DNA of 64,000 bases from Selaginella moellendorffii (lineage: Eukaryota > Plantae > Lycopodiophyta). The position numbers were made by a program, and so were the translations under genes. Below, piece by piece: positions 1-9,035 of the stretch. The notes beneath the pieces were generated by a model. The model saw nothing but the letters and a program-made list of their open reading frames with translations. It had not been told where the DNA came from and did no database searches. The stretch is taken from contig NW_003314341.1 in the NCBI RefSeq assembly GCF_000143415.4, positions 356,470-420,469 of the forward strand. Reading direction: 5' to 3'. Position 1 is the stretch's first letter. The number at the start of each line of letters is the position of its first letter.

Positions 1-233
1 AATAGTAGAACAAAATGAATATCACAAGGGCTAATAAACACTTGTTCATGCTAACTATTGCATCAGTTAATCCAACTAGGTCTTGATCAACAACACTAAG
101 AAAATAAAGTTGATCAAACAAGCATCTATAGCATCCTACCGATATCTCAAACCCAAGAGACCAATCCAAAGCAAACCACAAATAACATATATTAATGCAA
201 AAAGCCAAAAACCATCAAAGAAAACAACTAACC
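1..233 (-). mobile_element. Internal fragment of the Copia-derived D/E family (outermost host of stack 1; resumes at 34364)
   Basis: Homologous to ~25470-25700 and ~49940-50173. The motif AACAACTAACC|ATCATGAAAGAT, intact in E (~50163-50185), is split here at 233 and resumes at 34364. Confidence 0.85.
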
Positions 234-431
234 TGTAAGGAACCAACTCCCCGAAGTGTCATAGGCTAAAGGATCCCTGAAAGCACAATTGAAATGATAA
301 AGAGTTCATTGGATGGGACTGAGTCTGAGATTGAGTTCAAGACCGACTCTGAGACCGAGTCTATAAATAGAGTTCGAGATCGAGTCCGAGGCTGATTCCA
401 AGACCAAGTTCGAGACCGAGTTTGAGACCAA
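234..431 (+). repeat. H 5' LTR, left part (interrupted by element B)
   Basis: Similar to 33622-33795; contains a GAGTCCGAGA-type ~12-bp array that resumes after B at 14250. Confidence 0.85.
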
Positions 432-710
432 TGTGAGACACAAAATCCCTAGGCCCCAAAGTGGAGCCGGAAAGGGTGCCACGTGGTAGTGGCCGAAGCG
501 AAAGCCAAACGAGCATAACACGTTTGGACTAAAAGCTCCGACTTGGAAGGTCGAGAGCGGGAGTGGAACTCCCAACAAAGTGCTCGAGGAGCAAGCATGA
601 GGCAACCAAAAAGCAAGGCTCCAAAAAGGGACCCAAAAAGGACTAACACATGACACGTGGAAGTGTCCGAGATGGAGTCCGAGGCGGACCCGATGTAAGC
701 TCCTGAGTTT

Positions 711-765
711 GGACTTCCCGGGAGGTCACCCAACCTAGTACTATTCAAACCCAAGGACGCTTAAC
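711..765 (-). promoter_or_regulatory. 5S rRNA-derived Pol III internal control region (A box / IE / C box) in TRIM LTR
   Basis: Minus strand GTTAAGCGTCCTTGGGTTTGAATAGTACTAGGTTGGGTGACCTCCCGGGAAGTCC matches the central/3' part of plant 5S rRNA (from recalled consensus). Confidence 0.88.
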
Positions 766-1109
766 CCCAAATATCCCAAGACCCTTAACCGATTGGAAAA
801 GGGGGTGCACTCTTGTTCATGGGCCCTTTCCCTCTATATTTGAACCCCATGGATCGTCTCTCAAGTCGTTCCCTTTGGTTGCTTACAATTCACCATGCTT
901 CCCTGCAAGTTCACGCCCTCGTGAACGGAAGCTGAGAGCCGTAGCTCTCCCGAGAGCCCCGCTCTCTTGACACCCTACCCCTCGGGTCGAGCCCAGCGGG
1001 AGCAAACTGGACCAACCAGATGTCAATCAACATGTGGTGTGATTCCCTTAGCCAACCAACAGAGTTGGACCCGAGACCTCTCTGATACCAAATGTAAGCT
1101 CCTGAGTTT

Positions 1110-1164
1110 GGACTTCCCGGGAGGTCACCCAGCCCAGTACTATTCAGACCCAAGGACGCTTAAC
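1110..1164 (-). promoter_or_regulatory. 5S rRNA-derived Pol III internal control region in second TRIM LTR
   Basis: Minus strand GTTAAGCGTCCTTGGGTCTGAATAGTACTGGGCTGGGTGACCTCCCGGGAAGTCC. Confidence 0.88.
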
Positions 1165-1291
1165 CCCAAATATCCCAAGACCCTTAACCGATTGGAAAAG
1201 GGGGTGCACTCTTGTTCATGGGCCCTTTCCCTCTATATTTGAACCCCATGGATCGTCTCTCAAGTCGTTCCCTTTGGTTGCTTACACCCGA

Positions 1292-1950
1292 GGTGGAGTC
1301 CGAGATGGACCCGAAGTGGAGTCCGATATGGAGTCCAAGATGGACCCGAAGTGGAGTCTGATATGGAGTCCGAGATGGAGTCCGAGATGGACCCGAAGTG
1401 GAGTCCGATATGGAGTCCGAGATGGAGTCTGAGATGGAGTCCAAGATGGACCCGAGATGGACCCGAGATGGAGTCCGAGATGGACCCGAGGTGGAGTCCG
1501 AGATGGACCCGAGATGGAGTCCAAGATGGACCCGAGATGGAGTCCGAGATGGACCCGAAGTGGAGTCCGATATGGAGTCCAAGATGGACCCGAAGTGGAG
1601 TCCGATATAGAGTCTGATATGGAGTCTGAGATGGAGTCCGAGATGGACCCGAAGTGGAGTCCGATATGGAGTCCGAGATGGAGTCTGAGATGGAGTCCAA
1701 GATGGACCCGAGATGGACCCGAGATGGAGTCCGAGATGGACCCGAGGTGGAGTCTAAGATGGACCCGAGATGGAGTCCGAGATGGACCCGAGATGGAGTC
1801 CGAGATGGAGTCCGAGATGGACCCGAGATGGAGTCCGAGATGGAGTCCGAGATGGAACCGAGACTGAGGCTGAGACCGAGACCGAGACCGAGTCCTAGTC
1901 CGAAACCGGGACCGAGACCGAGTCCGAGTTCAAGCCCGAGTCTGAGTCTG
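1292..1950. repeat. 11/12-bp minisatellite (GGAGTCCGAGAT / GGACCCGAGAT / GGACCCGAAGT) inside B 5' LTR
   Basis: Visible tandem array; about 350 bp longer than the equivalent array in the 3' LTR (~12876-13221). Confidence 0.95.
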
Positions 1951-2982
1951 AATACTAATACAGGCAGTTGGGTGAAAGCCCAAAGTGATCGTCCCCCAGG
2001 GGGGGGGGGGGGGGCTGCGGGGGGTTCCAAAAGTATAGTAGGGAGAGTGTGGGGCTTGGAGCCCAGTGGAGCCAGTTTGGCCAGGAAAGGCCAGTTTGGC
2101 CCAGGAAGGCTAGACCCAGTGTTGGGTGATGAGTTGACCACTGGGAAGTCCAAGACTAGAGTGAACACGGACCGATAAGTGGGGTACCTTGGTGAAGTGT
2201 TCAAGAGCCGGCTCTAGTTCCCCCGGGAGATCGACTGGCCGATGCTCCCAGTCCAAGTGTGGGTGGCACTACCTACTTGGATACTAGGCATGGCTCAATG
2301 GAACCTCGCTCTAAGCCCATGGCTAGAGCACCCAAGGGCGGAAGGCGGGGAGAGTACCCCGGTGGCTCGCGTAGGGCCACGGTGTTCCGAAATGTTGTCC
2401 CAAAGGCCCAGACTGTGGAAAGGAAGAGGAACAATCCTCTGGGGTAGTGACCAAGGACATAGTCGTGTGGTGAGGAAATCCCAAGGGATCATGGGACTTA
2501 GTGGTTGGGCCTGTGGGCCTCGATCCAGTGGCAGTGTTGGCAAACACGGCCAGGGGCAGAAAGGGACTTAGTGGGGACTGATAAAGGGATATTGGGGAAG
2601 GCTATTCCCCTTGTTGGTGGGCATCCTAAGGATGCTAAGGAGTGGATCTGAGATGACCACTCACGGATGGTTTGCCTAGTCTTGGAGAGCCAAGACTGTG
2701 ATGCAAGGGGTATTGGACTACCAGTGTGGCAAAGGTGATTGGGCATGGCCTTAGCGTAACAAGCTGCCATGTCAGTGGTACCTTTGAGTGTCGGTCATGG
2801 GATCGGACACGTGGAGCACTTGGACCAAATGCAAATGTTGAGTGGCAGGGATGCCATTCTCGGGGCTAGCAAGTCCCAAGTCCTGAATTGGACTTATGGA
2901 GGTTGTGAATGAGACTCCTCCAAGTGGTCGGAGGTGTGGTTAAGTGGCTAAAGTAGAATGGAAAATTTAGTCGCTTACAACT

Positions 2983-2994
2983 TGGTATCGGAGC
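2983..2994 (+). promoter_or_regulatory. Primer binding site (tRNA-iMet type) of element B
   Basis: TGGTATCGGAGC 3 nt after the LTR end; canonical form is TGGTATCAGAGC. Confidence 0.85.
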
Positions 2995-4224
2995 TGTTCC
3001 TTAGTCCGACTTTTATTGGTGCTCAAGTATATCACCATTGATGTTGGCATTGGAAGGTCCTAGGAGTGGGCCTATCCTTGAGGAGTAGCATGTCGAGAGG
3101 ACATGGCTCTCCACTCAAGTTCATGCGTGAACTTGGGCAAAATGTGGTGGATAGAAAAGGGCCAATAATGGAACGACTTTGGGATCTTGGGAACAGTATA
3201 AGGTCTCCTCAGAGGGCTGAGGATGTGATCCAAATGAGCGTTTGACGCAGCAAATGGGCTAATGTAGTTGTGATAAACAACTATAGATGGGATCACGGGA
3301 AAGATGTAGACTCCAAAACAATAAAGGAGTCGCAAGATTATCCTCATATAGTTGAGGTTGGTACTCATGAATGTGAGACAAGAGGTAATGACCATGGGAG
3401 GTCAAATACGGAAGAGGACTCAAGTCCTTGAAATGGTAGTCGGGGCTACCTTTAATAAATGCTAGAACAACCCAAGGAGTTGGGGGGTGTACTTAAAGAT
3501 GAGTTGGTATTCTCATCACATGGACAAGTAGTCCTAAGGGGCAAAAGTTGGCCCCAGAGAACAAAATCAAGTGTCAGAGTAACACTTGTGAAAATAGTCC
3601 TTTTGAGTAGGACAGGAATGCAAGAAGTGTATTCCAGTGAGCTAGTGCCTCACAAGTAGGACCTTACGGGTCTATGGAATAACCAAGTCCAAAACTGCTG
3701 AATGACTCAAGTAGAGTCAAGGGATGGTCCTAAAAGGACTGATGGAAGCATTTGGACTGAGGTGTGTTGTACCCCACAAAGGATGGGGGGGGATCATAGG
3801 ATCCAAGGATGAGAACAGAGGGTATCTCATTGATGTCAGGAATCCCCCAATTCTTGCCACATTCCTGACTCTCGCCGGATTCCTGACCTGCAGACCACAT
3901 TCCTGATTCTCGAGACACTTCCCTATTCCTGACTCTCGAGACACTTCCCTATTCCTGACTCTCAAGACACTTCCCGATTCCTGAGTCTCGAGCCACATTC
4001 CTGATATTGATGTGGCGCCTCCTCTCGACCTCAGCTATATTTAGGCCGTCTTCGATCCAAGAGTGGTGGAGCTTCATCAACCTATAGTATATATAGGTTA
4101 GCCTTGTTCCATTTCTCCACAATCTGAGTCAACACCAGTCTAAGGCCTCTTCTTTGTTTTCACTAGCTTTTTCTCTTTGTCTTTAGCATTTTCCAGTCTT
4201 GATCTTGTTGGGGGTCTTGATAGT

Positions 4225-4240
4225 TTGATTCAGATTGTGG
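4225..4240 (+). promoter_or_regulatory. Self-priming-type PBS (complementary to the element's own R region)
   Basis: TTGATTCAGATTGTGG is the reverse complement of CCACAATCTGAATCAA in the LTR (4117-4132 with one G:U; perfect in the 3' LTR), ~30 nt downstream of TATATATA (4088-4095). No tRNA-type TGG PBS is present. Confidence 0.8.
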
Positions 4241-4319
4241 TTTTTGCTTTTCTTTTAGCTTGCTTTGATTATTTGATTGCCTTTGTCTTTTTCCCCCTTT
4301 CTTTTCTTTCTTCTTGCCA

Positions 4320-5291
4320 ATGGAGTCTCCAAGCCATCCTGATTTCTTTGCCGAAGTCCTTGCAAAAATCCAGTCTGAGAATACTGAGCTGAAGGCGACC
4401 CTTCTTCGCATGCAGCAGGAGCTTGCTTCACTTTCGGCTCAAGGATCCAGCAAAGTTCCTGAACCGAAGGTGAGTTTCCCGGCGAAGTTTTCATGCAAGC
4501 GTTCGGAGCTTCGTGGATTTTTGAACCAAATGGAGCTGATCTTTGCACTTCAACATCAGTGGTACCCCATTCCTGAGTCTCAAATCGGCGTGATTGGGAC
4601 GTTGCTCGAGGGTGCAGCTTTGTCATGGTTTTCTCCTCTTCTGGAGAAGAGCATGAAAGGGGTCGTGGTTCTGGAGCTGATGGATCTTCAATTGTTCAAA
4701 GAGAAGCTCGAAGTATGTTTTGGCGAGACGGATCAGGTTCGGGCTGCTACCACAAAGATGAGACGTCTCTCTCAGGGGTCTCGTCCTGCCTCGATCTATG
4801 CTGCAGAGTTCTAACTCCTTGCCTTGGACACTCAGTGGGATGAGCGGGCCCTGATTGACCAATTTCGTTTCGGCCTCAACAACGGTGTCAAGGATTTGTT
4901 GCTCACCATGGAGGATCCCAAGGACCTGTCGGACGCCATCAACAAAGCTGTTTGATGTGACAATCGTCTCTTTGAACGTCGTCAGGAAAGTCGCCGCGCC
5001 GCTGTTTTTCCGTCCCAGACTCAGGAATCCCAATTTGAGTCTTCGGGGCATAGTCCTGAACCTACTGCTCCGGTCCCGATGGATATTTCTGGTACTCCCC
5101 GACTCATTAGAGGGAAGTTGAGTCCTGCTGAGAAGCAACGTCGAATATCTCATAATCTTTGCCTCTATTGTGCTGATCCTAATCACAAAGCAGCTGTGTG
5201 TCCCAAGAAGCCTCCCCGATTGCTCGAGTTCACTCTGCCTCAAAGTCCACCTTTGTTGCAGTCGGGAAACGACCCTGTCCAAACTGAGTAG
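4320..5291 (+). pseudogene. gag: Gag of element C (Ty3/PEG10-like capsid + CCHC zinc knuckle), with in-frame stops
   Basis: PEPKVSFPAKF...FLNQMELIF motif; knuckle CLYCADPNHKAAVC; stops at 4812-4814 and ~4956. Confidence 0.9.
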
Positions 5292-5308
5292 GAGCTGTCT
5301 GTTTGGAC
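5264..5308 (+). promoter_or_regulatory. Programmed -1 ribosomal frameshift signal (G GGA AAC + stem-loop)
   Basis: The slippery heptamer is in the correct gag phase and pol is in the -1 frame. A 6-nt spacer precedes an 11-bp stem GTCCAAAC(A/T)GA...TCTGTTTGGAC, which is perfect in copy G (60709-60740). Confidence 0.8.
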
Positions 5309-8300
5309 TCCCTGAATAAAAATCACTTTTCTTCCTTATCAAGCTCCTCACCACCTTTCATCAAAGCCACCACCAATTCCTGCAACTTCCGCGTCCCATG
5401 TCTCCTTTCTTTCACCGGACAATCAGGACTCAAGGCTTTGGCGCTACTGGACTCGGGTGCAACTTCCTGCTTCATGGACACGGACTTTGCTACCCGACAT
5501 CACGTTCCTCTTTCTTCTACCATACGGGATTTGAGGGTTGAAGGCATCGGCGGGCATTTTGTGTCTCCATCTTCTGGACTTAGGGAAACGTTGCCCGTTC
5601 GAGTACACATTGGTCCACCGTCACCGATATCGCCTTCAACATCATCAACAGCAAGTCCTCCTCTGTGGTGCTCGGTCTTCCTTGGTTCCAACTACATCAG
5701 CCTCAGATTTGTTGGAAGGACTTACAGCTCATCTCTCCCACATCACCATCTCCCACGGCTTCCCCTGCTGTTCATCGAGTCCGAATTAGGAAAAGTTCCC
5801 TAAACTCAAATCGGGGTTCTGTTCCTGACTCTACGAAGTTTTCACCCTCTTCTTTTTCCTCTCTTCCATCTTACACTGGACAGTATCTTCGTCTCATCAT
5901 TCCATTTAGTCGTACACCTCCTCCTATCTCCACAATCACTATGCAAGAACTCCTTCATGAAGAACCTATTTCCCTTTTTGCTTTGCATGTTTTTCCTGTC
6001 AGTCTTCCTTAGAAGTATCATCATTTTGGGGATGTGTTTGATAAGAAAAAAGCTAGTGTACTGCCTGCTCATCGGCCTTATGATTGTCCCATTGATTTAC
6101 AGGAAGGAGCGTCACCTCCGTGGGGGCCTATTTACAGGTTATCCCCGTCCGAGCTTAAGGCCCTCAAAGAGTACGTGGATGAGAACCTTGCCTCAGGGTT
6201 CATTCAGCATTCGCAGTCCCCAGCTGGAGCGCCTGTCTTCTTTGTCAAGAAGAAGGATGGGAGTCTGCGGCTAGTCATCGATTACCGAGGTTTGAACAAG
6301 GTGACTGTTCGGAACCGTTACCCGCTGCCCCTGATCTTGGACCTGTTGGAACGCCTCGGCGGTGCCCGCTTCTTCACCAAGATTGACCTCCATGGCGCAT
6401 ACAACCTGATCCGGATCCGGCCTGGTGATGAATGGAAGACTGCGTTCCGAACCCGCTATGGCCACTTCGAGTACACTGTCATGCCATTTGGCTTGACAAA
6501 TGCTCCAGCAGTTTTCCAACACATGGCGAACGACGTCTTTCGGGAGTTTCTTGATCAGATGGTGATTGTCTACCTCAATGACATCCTCATCTACTCAAGA
6601 ACTCAGGAGGAGCACGACGAACATGTACGCAAGGTGCTGGCGAAGCTACGAGAACACGGCCTATACACAAAGCTTGAGAAATGTTCCTTCGATCAGCAGT
6701 CTGTGGAGTTCCTTGGGTACATTGTCACTCCTGAGGGTATCACGATGGATCCTGCCAAAGTCAAGACTATTCTCGAGTGGGAGCCTCCACAATCAATGTC
6801 GGACGTTCAGGTTTTCCTTGGCTTCGCCAACTTCTACCGCAAATTCATTGATCACTACTCTGACATTGTCCTTCCTCTCACGCATCTCACTCGCAAGGAT
6901 GTTCCCTTCTCTTGGTCTACTACTGCCCAGCACGCCTTCGACACTCTCAAGGCAGCCTTCAGTTCTGCTCCCGTTTTAATCCATGCTGATTCCTCACAAC
7001 CTTTCTTCATCGAGGCTGATGCCTCCGACTTTGCCATCGGTGCTGTGCTGTCTCAACTCGGAGCAGATCAAGAACTTCATCCGGTCGCTTTCCATTCTCG
7101 GAAATTCCAGCCTGCGGAGATCAATTACGAAATCCACGACAAGGAGCTTCTTGCCATCATGGATTCCTTTGGAGAGTGGCGCCGTTTCTTGGAGGGGGCG
7201 GGCCATCAAACAACAGTCTGGACGGATCACAAAAATCTCGTGTACTTTGCCATTTCTCGAGTTTTAAGCCGTCGTCAAGCAAGGTGGGCACAATTCCTGA
7301 GTCGGTTTGACTTTGTTATCAAGTACAGACCTGGAAAGCTTCAAGGCCTTCCTGATGCTCTTTCAAGGAGCTCCTATCTCAGTTTCAGGCCTGGTAATCC
7401 TGCCTTCGATCAACAGGATCAAATTATCCTCGGTTCTGATTGGCTTCAAGTTATGGCAATTTCCCTGGCCCCTCAGGACTCCTCCTTGATAGATGCCATC
7501 AGAAACGATCTTCAATCCGATGATCTCGCCAGCGACATTTTCCCCCATCTTCAGGCTAGACACCCTGTGACTCCCGACTGCCGGCGATTTGACAAGTTCG
7601 AGTTCTTAGATGGCTTATTATACCGTGGGGAGCAGCTTTACGTTCCTGAAGGTGATGCTCGAAGGTTGGTCCTAATGGCGTGCCATGATAGCCCGACTGC
7701 TGGTCACTTCGGCATTGCGAAAACCTATGAGCTAGTTGCACGGGACTTTTGGTGGCCTCACATGGACGACTACATCAAAGCTTTTGTTACCTCCTGTGAC
7801 ACTTGTGCTCGGAATAAGGTACCTCGCCACCTTCCTTCAGGTTTGCTTCGTTCCCTTCCGGTCCCTTCAGGTCCTTGGGAATCCATCTCCATGGATTTCT
7901 TGAGTGATCTTCCGAGTTCTAGAGGCTTCAACAGCATTTTAGTCGTGGTGGATCGCTTCACAAAGATGGCGCACTTCTTGCCATGTACCAAGGAGTTTTC
8001 GGGCGAGGACATGGCAAAACTGGTATTCAGGGAAATTTTCCGACTTCATGGGATTCCTACAGATGTGGTTTCGGATCGGGGGCCTCAGTTCATCTCTCAT
8101 TTCTGGCAACGGTTTTTGCAGCTACTTGGAGTGAAGGCCAACCTCTCTTCGGCGTATCATCCTCAAACTGATGGGCAGTCCGAGCGAACGATTCAGACGT
8201 TGGAACAATTCTTGAGGTGCTTCATCAACTATCATCAGGATAACTGGTTCGATATCCTTCCCCTTGCTGAGTTCTCCTATAACAACTCTATTCACTCCTC

Positions 8301-9035
8301 TCTTCGAATTTCCCCCTTCTTTGCAAATTCTGGCCGAAATCCCCAATTCAATCTCTCACTTCCTTCTCCATCCGAATCCTCTCATTCAAATCCCTGCTCT
8401 GAGGCATTTGTCTCCAACTTCCAAGAAATCCACCACTCCATCTCCTTCCACCTCCATCGTGCTCAGGAATCTCACAAAACATTTGCCAATGTCCATCGTC
8501 AGGATTGTCCCCCTTACAATATCGGGGATAAAGTTTGGCTCCTCAGGTGAAATATCTCCACCACCAGGCCCTGTCCAAAACTTGATTTCAAACGCCTAGG
8601 TCCTTTTCCTATCATTGCCATCATTAATCCTGTCACTTATCGCCTTGCACTTCCCTCCTCATATCAAATTCACCCCATTTTTCATTCCTCTCTCCTTGAG
8701 CCTTATATTCCCAGTCCTATTCCCAATCGGTCATTCCTCCACCTCCACCAGTGCAGCTCGAGGATGGGTCTGAGTATGAGGTTCAGGACATCCTTGATTC
8801 CAAGATTTCACGGTCTAAACTCTACTATCTGGTCGACTGGAAGGGTTACGGGCCTGAAGAAGGCACTTGGGAACCTGCGGACAACCTGATTCATTCTCCT
8901 GACCTTGTTCAGGACTTCCATCGCCGCTATCCTAGTCGTCCCAGTCCTCATTCTTTTTCTCCATCTCCCATCCCTCGCCACTCATCTCATCCTCCTTGTC
9001 GTTCTCATTCACATTCTCGTTCCACTGGTTCTTGA
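5264..9035 (+). pseudogene. pol: Pol of element C: aspartic protease, RT, RNase H, integrase, chromodomain (few stops/frameshifts)
   Basis: Protease LLDSGAT; 838-aa ORF 6034-8550 with RT (YLND for YLDD), RNase H (EADASDFAIG) and HHCC + DDE integrase; chromodomain EYEV...VDWKGY...TWEP at 8751-9035. Confidence 0.95.

Larger units (their letters stand above)
694..1286 (-). mobile_element. Cassandra-like TRIM, copy 1 (5S-containing LTRs)
   Basis: 194-bp LTRs 694-887 and 1093-1286 (3 differences); TGTAAGC...GCTTACA ends; TSD CCCGA; minus-strand PBS TGGTATCAGAG (1080-1090); 205-bp non-coding interior; 5S-like segment in each LTR. Confidence 0.93.
432..2979 (+). repeat. B 5' LTR (contains TRIM insertion and expanded minisatellite)
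   Basis: Direct repeat of 12643-14244; TG...CA ends. Confidence 0.92.

Noticed and set aside
711-765. 5S rRNA gene
   Set aside because: Only ~55 nt of the ~120-nt gene, embedded in TRIM LTRs; no 5S 5' part or oligo-T terminator.
1965-1985. Hammerhead ribozyme (retrozyme) suggested by the GAAA hairpin in LTRs
   Set aside because: No CUGAnGA core found in suitable position in the B, D/E or TRIM LTRs by eye.
1184-2204. Long ORFs such as MESEMES.../SISDSTSG... (also 12580-13470)
   Set aside because: Products of the stop-poor 11/12-bp LTR minisatellite, open in several frames on both strands; no protein features.
6034-8550. Element C as currently autonomous
   Set aside because: Stops in gag and pol, frameshifts, and YLND at the RT active site.
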